Assembly (NCBI RefSeq): GCF_006345805.1
Contig: NC_042998.1
Coordinates: forward strand, 87,358,001 to 87,422,000
DNA length: 64,000 bases
Direction: 5' to 3'
Source: Octopus sinensis
Lineage: Eukaryota
In this document: in pieces, positions 25,103 through 37,589 of the stretch
Layout: the number at the start of each line of letters is the position of its first letter
Position numbering within the stretch: position 1 is the stretch's first letter
Translations under genes and position numbers: made by a program
The notes under the pieces: model-generated
What the model saw: the letters and a program-made list of their open reading frames with translations, nothing else
What the model was told of the DNA's origin: nothing
Databases searched by the model: none

Positions 25103-26119
25103 CGACGACGACGGCGACGGCGGCGGTGGCGACGGCGGCGGTGGCGACGGCGGCGGTGGCGACGGCGGCGGTGGCGGCGGCTAAACAAGAAATATTCAGC
25201 TGTTCCCAAATGACCCAACGAATTATGACTGAATTTCATTTTATAATTTTATATGCAAATTTATTTCAACACATCTCAAGCTGGCTGAATTATTCATTCC
25301 AGCACACATATGATCTTCAGATCTCAGTTTTAGGTGTTGGAAGGAGCTTGCAGCAATTTACTGAAAAATCTCACAAGAAACACCTGATTGTTGATAATGT
25401 CATAACTAAGAAAACATGAGATAACTGAAATAAACGAAAATCAAATAATTTGTCTACTTGAATATTTTAATATCCTGAGAATTGTATTGTTTGTATTTCC
25501 TTCAAGTGACATCCTACAATAATTGCTATAACCGTTGCTGCATACTTGATGCTGAAAATTTTGCAATGTAAAGTCTAGACTTTTGTTAAACTGCTACAAC
25601 AAAAGTAGGCATATTTTGCTCACAAAATGATTGTTTCTTTGCTAAATGCTGTTGTGCTATATGTGTGCATGTGTGTGTGTGAGCTTGCATGTGTGTGTGT
25701 GAATGTGCATGTGTGTGAGTGTGCGTGTGTGTGAGTGTGCATGTGTGTGAGTGTGCGTGTGTGTGTGTATGAGAGAGAGAGAGCGAGTGTGTGTGTGCGT
25801 GTGTGTGTGTGTGTGTGCATGGGTGAGAGAGAGTGTGTGTGTATGTGTGTGAGAGAAAGAAAGAGAGTGAGAGAGAGTGTTTGTGTGTGTGTTGTGTGTT
25901 TTAGTTTCTCTTATCTTGCTAATTTTACAACATTATTTCTTTTCTTTCAAGAAAATAATACTTCACTTCAGATAACACTTTGTTTATTTCTAGTTTCCAT
26001 CTTACACTTTAAATAAAGTTGCTTACAAATTACAAAATTCAACACAGATATATTTCTTCTTTTATCAAAATAGTATGAATGATTTTCTTGCATAATCCAT
26101 AAATAAATAAGATCAAGGT

Positions 26120-27770
26120 CTACAGACAACTGAAAAAGAAGATATTCAACAGATTTATATATTCGTTATGTAGTAAGAAGCTTGCTTCCCAGCCACATGG
26201 TTTCGGGTTCAGTCCCACTGCATGGCTCCTTGGGCAAGTGTCTTCTACTATAACCTCAGGCCGAAAAAAGCCTTGTGAGTGGATTTGGTCGATGGAAACT
26301 GAAAGAAGCCCATCATCATCATCATCATTGTCGTTTAATGTCCACTTTTCATGCTGGTATGGGTTGGACAGTTTGACTGAGGACTGCCAAGCCAGGAGGC
26401 TGCACCAGACTCCAATCTGATCTGGCAAGGTTTCTACTGCTGGATGCCCTTCCACTTCAAGAGTGTAGTGGGTGCTTTTTACATGCCGGGGTAGTAGGGA
26501 GCCAGTCAGGTAGCACTGGCATCAACCATGCTCGAATGATGCTTTTTATGTGCCTCCAGCACGGGTGCCAGTCAGGCAGCACTGGCATCAGCCACAACGA
26601 TTTCACTTGACTCAACAGGTTTTCTCAAGCACAGCATATTACCTAACGATTGAAGAGTACTTTTGAATGGGCTGGTTATGTGACACTGGCATTGGCCACA
26701 GCTTTGATTTCACTTGGCTTGCCGGGTTTTCTCAAGCACAGTATATCTCCAAAGGTTTCAGTCGCTTGCTATTGCCTCTGTGAGGCAATGTTCAAAGGTT
26801 GTGCTTCACCACCTCATCCCAGGTCTTCCTGGGTCTACCTCTTCCACAGGTTCCCTCCACTGTTAGGGTCTAACACTTCTTCACACAGCTGTCCTCATCC
26901 ATATGCAACACATGACCATACCAGCACAGTTTTCTCTCTTGCATACTACATCTGATGCTTCTTATGTTCAGCTTTTCTCTCAGGGTGCTTACACTCTGTT
27001 GTGTATGCACACTGACATTACACATCCAGCGGATCATACTAGCTTCATTTCTTTCAAGCCTACACATGTCCTCAGCAGTCACAGCCCATGTTTCACTGCC
27101 ATGTAGCATGGCTGTTTGCACACCTGCATCATACAGTCTACCTTTCATTCTGAGCAAGAGGCCCTTTATTACCAGCAAAGGTAGAAGCTTTCTGAACTTT
27201 GTCCAGGCTATTCTTATTCTAGCAACTACGATCTCAGAGCATCCACTCCCACTACTGACTTGGTCACCTAGGTAATGGACGTTATCAGCTACTTTTAGTT
27301 TATCCCCTGGCATGTGATGGAATCTGTTTTCTGTACATATTCAGTGTTTATTGCTCCTGTGCATCTGCCACACACAAAAACTTTGATATTGTTGCACCTC
27401 TTATGTGTCCATAGCTTACATGGAGTATGTCTTATGGAGTTTCCACCTATACCTTTTCTACAGATCAAGCAAGGTCATCTACCTGAAGGAATTTATGATT
27501 TGTCTGCTTTCCTATTTACTAAGACTTTGGTTTTTGCTAGATTAACTCTAAGGCCCTTCGATTCTAGACCTTGCTTCCACACCTGAAATTCTCCTCTAGT
27601 TCTTGTAATGACTCAGCTATTAAAGCAAGGTTATCAGCATAGAGGAGCTCCCAGGGGTGGCCTGTCTTGAATTCCTCTGTTATTGCCTGGAGGACTATGA
27701 TAAATAAGAGGGGACTAAGGACCAATCCTTGGTGAACCCCTACTTCTGTCCAGGGTATATATATAGTAAC
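26120..27770 (-). mobile_element. RTE-clade LINE fragments
   Basis: GVHQGLVLSPLLFIIVLQAITEEFKTGHPWELLYADNL (RT) at ~27600-27760 and the ORF C-terminus ARIRIAWTKFRKLLPLL... at 26870-27313, followed by the shared 3' UTR and tail. Confidence 0.85.
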
Positions 27771-28775
27771 AAAAAGGGAGGAATTTTGATTATCCCCACA
27801 TGGTGAGTTGCACTGCAAGACATATATTTATATATATATATAACATAAAAGAAAGAAAATGCACACACTTTACATAGTCTTAATATATTTTTTAATATAT
27901 TTTAGACTGATCAGTTTTGCTTTTGCTTATCATGACATTGAAATTACTGTTTTCGCTCAGTGTGGAGAACCTGAAACTACATGGTTGTGAGCTCATCTTT
28001 TAGGGGTTTGATAAATAAAGGACCAATCCAGAACAGTGAACTGAGTAGTATTAGAATATCAGACAAGATGTCTTGTGGTATTTGTTCAGGTTATTTGCAT
28101 TTTCAGTTCAAAATCCTATCATGTTCAACTCCAATAGCGGACTTGATATGTCCCTCAGCTTAATACCGCTACCTGGTCCTTGCATGCCTTTAGTAGAGTT
28201 CACTTTGTTGCAAAGAAGCACTTGAACCAAGCTTCCAGTTTAAGGATAACCACCTCCCTTCTTTCTACCAGTCTTAAAGACCCTGAAAATAATAAGGGTC
28301 ATGGGCTCTGCTCTTTCTTCCTTGACTAAGTAACTGAAAAGCAATTGAAAGTGAAATTTCTCATCATCATCATCGTCGTTGTTTAATGTCCGCTTCCCAT
28401 GCTGGCATGGGTTGGATGGTTTGACTGAGAACTGGCAAGCCAGGAGGCTGCAACAGGCTCAAATCTGATTTGGTAAGAATAAAAACAATTATTGTAAAAC
28501 AATCAGCAGTTTTCAAGTATAAACAGCACTTATAGTGTTAAAACTCTAATTTTTCTATTTGTGACCAAAACACAAAACTATGTCTCGATCTGTGTTTTGA
28601 TCGCAGGTGCAATGTTGTGCTGGCAACGTGATGGGAATTTCTCCTCTTTTAGCTGGTTGTTTGATAATCATGTCAAAACTTAGCTGTCAACATCTAAGAA
28701 AATTTACATTATAAAAATAAATGGTTTTTGGAAAAATATCTTCCATATTTATGATTAATTTTCTTATGAGATTGG

Positions 28776-29008
28776 ATATAAGTTCATAAACAGTCTTTTG
28801 GGCTTTTTCTTTTCTATAAAAACACTTGAAAGTGTCATTAGTATGCAGATCTATGACAAAAATTGTAAGATCCACTCCTGACAATCTGGAAGAAAGAGAG
28901 AAAGCTACCCAAAGACTAAAGGTTTGATTCAAATACTTACAATAGGCAGAACTACCCTGAGGGTACAATCAAGGGCTAGATGATGGTGGTGTTAATCTGG
29001 GTGACAGG
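28776..29008 (+). repeat. Left arm of a ~235-bp inverted repeat flanking the pore exon
   Basis: Reverse complement of 32798-33035, roughly 90% identical by eye. Confidence 0.92.
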
Positions 29009-29608
29009 TTCAGTCTGCCATCCAAGATCAGTAACAGTCACACTAACAGTCTTCTACACATTCTCCATGCAGCAATTTTCACTTTCAAGGCTTCAGTCAA
29101 CTCACAGCTAAGGCAGAAAATACTTGCTCAAAGACTTGCATAGTGGATTCAAAATCTTAAACCTCATTGTTGTTAAGAAAACTCCTTAACCACGCAGTCA
29201 TACCAGCACCCTGTAGAATAGTATTGTGATATCATACATTTTAATATCTTATGGTATTTTAATATTCTAATATATTAGAATCTCAGTAGCAACTTACTTA
29301 TACATATTTTTCTCTTTCTGATAAAATTGTTAACGTATTAGACAAAATGTTCTGTGGAATTTCTTCTGGCATGCTATGTTCTTTGTTCAAATCCTGCCAA
29401 AGCCTACTTCATGATTCATCCTTTCAGGAGTTGATGATTTAATGGTCAAGTATAGGGTTGTATGGTCTCAACAAATCCCTTTCCCTTAAAATTTCTGGTC
29501 TTGTGCCTACTACACAATTATGACTATCACCACCACCACCACCACCACTACCATCATCATCATCATCACTATTATTATTATTATATTATTATTATTTTCT
29601 TATTGCAG

Positions 29609-29719
29609 ATAACAGTGACCACAATTGGATATGGAGACACAGTACCCCAAACATGGATGGGACGAATTGTTGCCTCATGTTTTTCTGTTTTCGCAATTTC
29701 ATTTTTTGCTTTACCAGCA
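29609..29719 (+). CDS. KCNQ1: KCNQ1-like exon (selectivity filter TIGYG and S6; human exon 7 equivalent)
   Basis: ttgcag|ATA ACA...CCA GCA|gtaagt; 111 nt, phase 0-0; [37 protein letters not shown]. Confidence 0.97.
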
Positions 29720-29836
29720 GTAAGTTAAACTTTTATACAAACTACTTACTAAGCTATTTTTTCTGTTGTTTGTGATATTTTTTTGCAATATCTACATATA
29801 TATGTATATATATATATATTGAACATATTATGTATG

Positions 29837-29889
<53 letters not shown>

Positions 29890-29891
<2 letters not shown>

Positions 29892-30228
29892 TTCGCCAGC
29901 CTCGTCTGGCACATGTGTCGGTGGCACATAAAAAACACCATCCGAGCGTGGCCGTCTGCCAGCCTCGTCTGGCACCTGTGTCGGTGGCACATAAAAAACA
30001 CCATCCGAGCGTGGCCGTTCGCCAGCCTTGTCTGGCACCTGTGTCGGTGGCACATAAAATCACCCACTACGCTCTCGGAGTGGTTGGCGTTAGGAAGGGC
30101 ATCCAGCTGTAGAAACACTGCCAGATCTGACTGGCCTGGTGCAGCCTTCGGGCTCCCCAGACCCCAGTTGAACCGTCCAACCCATGCTAGCATGGAAAAC
30201 GGATGCTAAATGAATGATGATGAATGAT
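29890..30228 (+). mobile_element. RTE-tail element (3' UTR repeats and GAT tail)
   Basis: Tandem GCCAGCCTCGTCTGGCACCTGTGTCGGTGGCACATAAAAAACACCATCCGAGCGTGGCCG units followed by the RTE 3' end as at 10900-11070. Confidence 0.85.
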
Positions 30229-30426
30229 GACATATACCCATACACAACAGTGGTAGGTGGGAATATGATAAACATGGTATACAGTTTATATCATTTATTA
30301 CCTACATGCATTTCACTAGTGTAGTTATCTGCATCCTCTGCAGTGGGTGTTCATAGTGCTTAGGGTACAAATCCACAATGGTTCTTCAGGACAACACATA
30401 TTACTTATGTTAACACAGAATAAATG

Positions 30427-30465
<39 letters not shown>

Positions 30466-30865
30466 TATTACAAATAAGAAAATGGAGAAAAATTCAGTTG
30501 GTTTATCAGCTTTAGGATATTAGAATGTTGACTTATTTATTTAACAAAACGAGAACCATAATAACATACGTATATACATTAAAATTCAATACATATAAGA
30601 TAAGAATACAATAAAAAAAAACCTTAATATAGATTATTGAAATCCTTAAAATCACTCTTACAGCTGTTTCAGCCTTTGGAAAAAGTAATTTGTTATGCTC
30701 TTACAAGTCAATTTATTGAGGTTGTAGGCAGTTAAAAAATGAGGTACTTATATATTTCCATAGGCCTCGTCAGAGATTATAAAGTACATTCAAAATATAA
30801 ATATATACATGAAACAAGATACACGTACAAATCAATATATATATATATAAACAAATAATGCTTAC

Positions 30866-30905
<40 letters not shown>

Positions 30906-32119
30906 GCATACATACATACATACATACATACTACATACATACATACATACATACATACATACACACATACATAATCAAATATATACACCTATATATGTAC
31001 ATAAACATATAAATAGACATAATTAAACATATGTACAAGCATATAGACAATTATTCATACATATATATGCATATATATACACATACTGGAGTGCAACAAT
31101 ATACATCCATGTATATGAGTACACATATAATATTTAATTATTACTAATATTATTATTATTATTAATAATAATATTACCCCAATCCCTGATAGATTTAAAC
31201 CATTAAAATATTAATAAATAACGAATAACAAGAATGTAGTCTATCTCTTATCTCTTCATACATGACCTTTTATTACACAATATTCTGTGAAATTGTATAC
31301 TTTCGTTAAGATGTAAAGGAAATGAAATCTGATATAGATATTTGTGTATATTTATACGTAGGTATATATATGCATATACATCTATTTGTCGCACACACGC
31401 ATGTACTTATGTGTATGATGAATTATAATGCAGTAACTCTAGTATAACTGTTATAATATTATGACATATGAATATGATTTTAAAATTAATAAGATTACAT
31501 CTATCATATATGTCTGTTTATTGTATTATGGTATGCTATATATTTGAATCTCCTATACTGTGTATTGTGAAATGAAGATTACCCAGAAACTAATATTACT
31601 AATATCCTTATCCAATATACTGTTGGTATAATGGCAGAAACGTTAGCACGCCGGGCGAAATGCTTAGCGGTATTTTGTCTGCGTTACGTTGTGAGTTCAA
31701 ATTTCGCCGAGGTCGACTTTGCCTTTCATCCTTTCGGGGTCGATAAATTAAGTACCAGTTATGCACTGGGGTCGATGTAATCGACTTAATACCTATGTCT
31801 GTCCTTGTTTGTCCCCTCTGTGTTTAGCCCCTTGTGGGTAATAAAGAAATAGGTATAATACCCAAATTATTAATACACAAGTGTTTTTAATTGCAATGCA
31901 GTTAACTTACTTATTGTATTAAATGGGTGAAGGTAAAGAAATATTTTACCATTAATTTATATTACAAATAAGAAAATGGAGAAACTATTTAATTGGTTTA
32001 TCAGCTTTAGGATATTAGAATGTTGACTTATTTATTTAACAAAATGAGAACCATAATAACATAGATATATACATTAAAATTCAATACATATAAGATAAGA
32101 ATACAATTTAAAAAAACCT

Positions 32120-32797
32120 GTTTGACTGAAAACTGACAAGCCAGGAGGCTGCACCAGACTCCAATCAGATTTGGCAAGGTTTCTACAGCTGGATGACCTT
32201 CCTAATGCCAACCACTCCAAGAGTGTAGTGGGTGCTTTTACATGCCACAGGCCAGAGGGCCAGTCAGGCAGTACTGGCAACAGCCACACTCAAATGGTGT
32301 TTTTTACGTGCCACCTGCACAGGAACCAGTCCAGCAGCACTGGCAACAACCTCACTTGAATGTTGTTTTTCATGTGCCAGTAAGGTGATGCTGGTAACGA
32401 TCACACTTGAATAGTGCTTTTTACGTCCCACTGGCACGGGAGCCAGTCAGCAGCCCTGGCAACAATCACACTCGAATGGTGCTTGTAGTGCTCCACTAGC
32501 ATGGATGCCAGTCATGCAGTTCTGTCATTGAATTTGATTTCGATTTCACTTGTCTCAACAGGTCTTCACAAGTAGAGTTTAGTGTCCAATGAAGGAAAGG
32601 TATGCATAAGTGGGCTGGTTACACCACTGGCATAGGCCATGGGTTATGGTCTCACTTGGCTTGCCAGGTCTTCTCAAGAACAGCATATTTCCAAAGGTGT
32701 CGGTCACTACTCATTGCCTCAGGGAGGCCTAATGTTCGAAGGTTGTGCTTCACCACCTCATCCCAGGTCTTCCTGGGTCTACCTCTTCCACAGATTC
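32120..32797 (-). mobile_element. 5'-truncated RTE-clade LINE, antisense
   Basis: Reverse complement of the RTE ORF end (GRGRPRKTWDEVVKH) and 3' UTR. Confidence 0.85.
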
Positions 32798-33035
32798 CCT
32801 GTCACTCAGATTAACACCACCATCATCTAGCCTTGATTGTACCCTCAGGGTAGTTCTGCCTATTGTAAATATTTGGATCAAACCTTTAGTCTTTGGGTAA
32901 CTTTCTTTCTTTCTTCCAGTTTGTCAGGAGTGGATTTACAATTTTTGTCATAGATCGACATACTAATGACACTTTCGAGTGTTTTTATAGAAAAAAAGCC
33001 CTAAAAAGCCCAAAAAACTGTTTATGAACTTATAT
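32798..33035 (-). repeat. Right arm of the ~235-bp inverted repeat
   Basis: Reverse complement of 28776-29008; fused to the 5' junction of the RTE fragment. Confidence 0.92.
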
Positions 33036-33048
33036 ATATATATGTATA

Positions 33049-33268
33049 CAGGGTTGGGCAAAAGTCACCTGACAGTTAACCAAAACCATTTAATTCTAAG
33101 ATTTATTTATGTTTAAAAACTGAATGAATTTAATACAAGTATCTAAATATGAGAATTGTTCACACTGAAGTCCTTGAGCGATACATTTTTCCATTCGAGT
33201 CAATAAAGAATTACAAATAGAATTTATGAAATTTTGATTTACTGTCGGATGACTTTTGGCCAACCCTG
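33049..33268. mobile_element. Tc1/mariner-type MITE (220 bp)
   Basis: TA|CAGGGTTGGGCAAAAGTCACCTGACAGTTAA ... TTACTGTCGGATGACTTTTGGCCAACCCTG; ~30-bp TIRs. Confidence 0.82.
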
Positions 33269-33295
33269 TGTGTGTGTGTATATATATATATATAT

Positions 33296-33333
<38 letters not shown>

Positions 33334-34509
33334 CATATTATATTACATAAGATTGGCACTGTTGAAATCTTGTTAATTGTCATGCACATTATTTGCCATT
33401 ATTTTTCATTTCTAGCTTACATAGTCATATTATTTATTGTAACTGATTTGTCATCTCTCACTGTGACTTACAATACCTTTCTCTCACTCTGTATTGCCCT
33501 TTTCTTCCTCCCAATGTCTCTCATTTTCTTCCTTTTCATACCACCTATCTCTACTGATATCCACTACTTTTTTTATTGTTGTTTTGCCATGTGAGCATCA
33601 CACTAACTATACACATTCAGTATTTCTCTCTTATTAGATTATATCCAGATGAAAGTCTTTATATATTTTTCCTCTGTGCAAACATTTTCCTTGTTTGTCT
33701 CTCTCTCAAACTCAAAGACACCATTTTTGCTAATATTTTGTGTCTGTTTGTTCTAGTTTTCCTTATCAGTCTTATATCTCTGTCATGTTGGTTTCTAGTT
33801 GTAGGACTTGACTTTATTTTGTTTTCTTTGAACCTGATTATTTTCCAGATAAGCAATACTGATATTTCCAAGTACTGAAATTCTAATGACTCTAGATAAA
33901 AATTTAGCTGATGAAATTGATTTATCCATTTTTTGTTTTTGTTTTTGTCTTTTTTGTTCCTTCAGTTAATTGTTGTACACATCCTTCACATATATATGTG
34001 TGTGTCAGATAACATTATACTATGTACTTTATCTGATCTCACCATAAGGATCATCTGGGCAATTTAGACTGGAATTGATACTCTATCAAATTAAAGCCAT
34101 TTATCATCAGTTATAATTTACTGTGGTTTATTAAAATATTGGTGTCACAGATTCAGTTCACAGTTTTTTCATAATTTTTATTTGTTTATTCATTTTTACA
34201 TGTTTTTACTTCTATTCTGGTATAGATTTGATGAGAATTTTTGAGCATCATTTTAACAGTATTCTATAACCTGATGCTCTTTTTTATACCTGTACTTATT
34301 TGTTATCAAGTAAGGTACCTTATTCCATATCTTTGTATGTCAGATGCCCAAGCTGCTGGATTGGCATTTACATGAGCAATTAATAACATCACTGCTGTCC
34401 AATTGATAAAAATGCTAAGACATGTAGAGACAAACAATATGTGTGCATGTATGCACACACAAACACGCAGACACACACACGTGCACACACACAAACACAC
34501 ACACACATG

Positions 34510-34546
<37 letters not shown>

Positions 34547-34966
34547 AGTGAAAAATTTTTGCAAAAAAATTTCCATTTGATGAATTGTAGTGAAAAATAT
34601 AAACAGGAAAATGCACAGAAATTTTAGGTTGGACAATATATATATATATATATGTATGTATGTATGTATGTGTGTGTGTGTGTGTATTTGCCTCTTGATT
34701 CATTTACAAAATATCCTTTCTTCTACTAACATGGAATGAAAATTTTTTATGATAGCATGAAATTGTAACATCATCACTAACTTTTTAGTTATGATCAGCA
34801 CAAGTGAGGCAAGTTGACTATGCAAATATTCCATTTCATAGAAATATATATATATATTTCGTTCAACATAAAATTTCTGTGCATTTCCTTTCTTTTTATA
34901 TTTTTCACTATATATACACAAATACACACACGCACGCAATATATATGTATACACACACACACACAT

Positions 34967-35025
<59 letters not shown>

Positions 35026-35873
35026 AACAAAATTAAGAGGAATGACCATTAAAGTGGACACCCTATATGCTAAACATAGATGTCAAATCGCCATTACCAT
35101 CATGAATGTGTTCTCAAGAAAAGAATCTCAGCAAAAACGCCAAAGTGTAAAAAATGATCAAGACAAATGAAAACATAAGAAATAAAAACGATTACCTACA
35201 TACCAATTGGTTTCACTTATTAATATCTATGTATATAAAACACGCAGATATCTGCAAGATCATCAGCATAGTCTGTCGTTTACAAAACACAATTTCCAGA
35301 AATATATACATTTATACATTTAAAAAGAAAAGGCAGACTCAAAATTTTCAAATCGTAAACAATCAAGTATAAATATATATATATTTTTCATAGAGCAAGC
35401 TTGCTTATATTACATAGACTCAATGAATTAGAGGGTAGTTGTTAAAATTCCAGCAGCTGTTTTTAAGCGCTCAGAGTTACTTTATAATGTTGGCAGATGT
35501 TAGTTGATGGTAAATGTACTGCCAATATCAGTGTGCATGTTTGACAGAGCGTAAGCATCTTGACAGAAAAGTTAGGCATAAGGGGAACCAAATGTGGTGT
35601 GCAAGAAAGATGATTGTGCTGGTATGGTCTTGTGATATGTATGGATGAGGACAGCTATGTAAAGAAGTGCCAATCTCTAACTGTGGAGGGAACCTGTGGT
35701 AAAGGTAGACCCAGGAAGACATGGGATGAGGTGGTGAAGCATGATCTTCAAACTTCGAACCTCACAGAGGCAATGACTACTAACCAAGACCTTTGGCGGT
35801 GTGCTCTGCTTAAGAGGACCCATCAGGCCAAGTGCACCTGTGCTGGTGGCATGTACAAAATCATTCTTTGAAC

Positions 35874-36090
35874 GTTGGGCCTCATGGAGGCAAAGTGGCC
35901 AAGTTCCTTTTGAGTGTTGGGCCTCATAAAGGCATAGTGGCTGAGTTCCTTTCAAGCATTGGGCCTCATGGAGGCAAAGTGGCTGAGTTCCTTTCGAGCA
36001 GGCCTCATAAAAGCAAGGTGGCTGAATTCCTTTCTAACGTTGAGCCTCATGGAGGCAAAGTGGCCAAGTTCCTTTCAAGTGTTGGGCCTT
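35874..36090 (+). repeat. 42-bp minisatellite (~5 units) inside an RTE 3' UTR remnant (35600-36370)
   Basis: Unit GTTGGGCCTCATGGAGGCAAAGTGGCCAAGTTCCTTTTGAGT with alternating variants. Confidence 0.9.
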
Positions 36091-37511
36091 ACACAGACAA
36101 TGACCAAGCCTTTGACATTATGTCATGCTTGAGAATACCCATGAAGATGAGCAAAATTGCAGTCATGACATATACTGGTGTCACACAAATTGCACCTATG
36201 CTAGTGGCACGTAAAAGCACCCATTACACTCTTGGAGTGGTTGGTGATAGGAAGTGCATCCAGCCATAGAAAACATGCCAGTCAGACAGGAGCCTGACAC
36301 ACCCTTCCAGTGTGCCAGCCTAGTCAAACCATCTAACCCATGCCAGCATGGACACCAGATGTTAAATGGGGATGATAATAATGGAAGTAAACAAATATTG
36401 GTAAACTTCAGAGCCTCCTTCATCAGGGTAGAAGGATAAGACTTATCTATCCACATATATATGCAAGCCAGGCTTCTGTGCAATTGTTACTAATTGAAAT
36501 TTTACTCACAAGAAATTGTTTAACTTGAATATATACCAGAAAACAGTTGCCCATGATATCAATGTAGTAGGATGAACAGGAATCTTTGTGGTTGTGAAGT
36601 GATCCTCTTAACCCAACAATCATAGCTAATAATAGAAAGTTAATTTGTTCCACCAAATTCAGATCAACTAAGCAATTACAATTCTTTTAGAACTCTTTAA
36701 TTAATTTCACCATTATTATTTTTGTAACGTATTTTAATTAAATATTTGAAAATGTAAATTTCATTTTCTTTGTATATAATTAATTATGGCTTAATTTAGA
36801 AACAGCAACATTGTACTATATGCTAAATATCTCATTTCTTTAGAATATAGTTTACAAACTCTTTTACAGTAATATCAAAATTTAAGTTTGTTCACATAGT
36901 CAATTGTAGTAAATGTGATTAATTCTATTTCATTTAATTAACTGTTTAATGTAATATTCTCTATGCAATCTTGTACTTTTTAAACTTTTTCTCAACAATC
37001 TCTGACATCATTTCAAAACAGAATCAGCAATCAGTTTTATCACAGATATTTCTGCAGAAATTGTTGAGATTATTATAACTTCTGAATTTATATTCTCTCT
37101 CTATTCATATTTCAGAAACATTTTGGCAGGAAATCTAATATTTATTTAAATATACTTTTATATATTGAATTAAATTCAGCATGATATTTCAAATGCTATG
37201 TCATGTTTTCTGGGTATTGTATTGACACTGTGAAAATGTCTCTTCTAAAATACTAACTTATTTTGTTATTCAAAAGATGACTTGGTAAACAACTTTAGTT
37301 ATACTGCAGCTGATGGCCACAACAATAGCCAAATAAACAACACTGTCACCACTAAACGCATTCTTTTATTGTATTTGGCTTGGATTCAGAAATTCTATTC
37401 AAAACAGTTATAGAATTTCTGTCCTTCAGTCGGTCTATCTCTGTCTCCATATATGTGTGTGTGTGTGTGTGTGTATGCACACACTCACACATGCACGTGC
37501 ACATACACACA

Positions 37512-37542
<31 letters not shown>

Positions 37543-37589
37543 CACATGCACACAAACTACAAGTACCAAGGTATCCATGAAAATATATC

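Noticed and set aside
35832-36269. 145-aa repeat protein or CRISPR-like array
   Set aside because: It is a head-to-tail 42-bp minisatellite with no unique spacers, embedded in an RTE 3' UTR in a eukaryotic intron.
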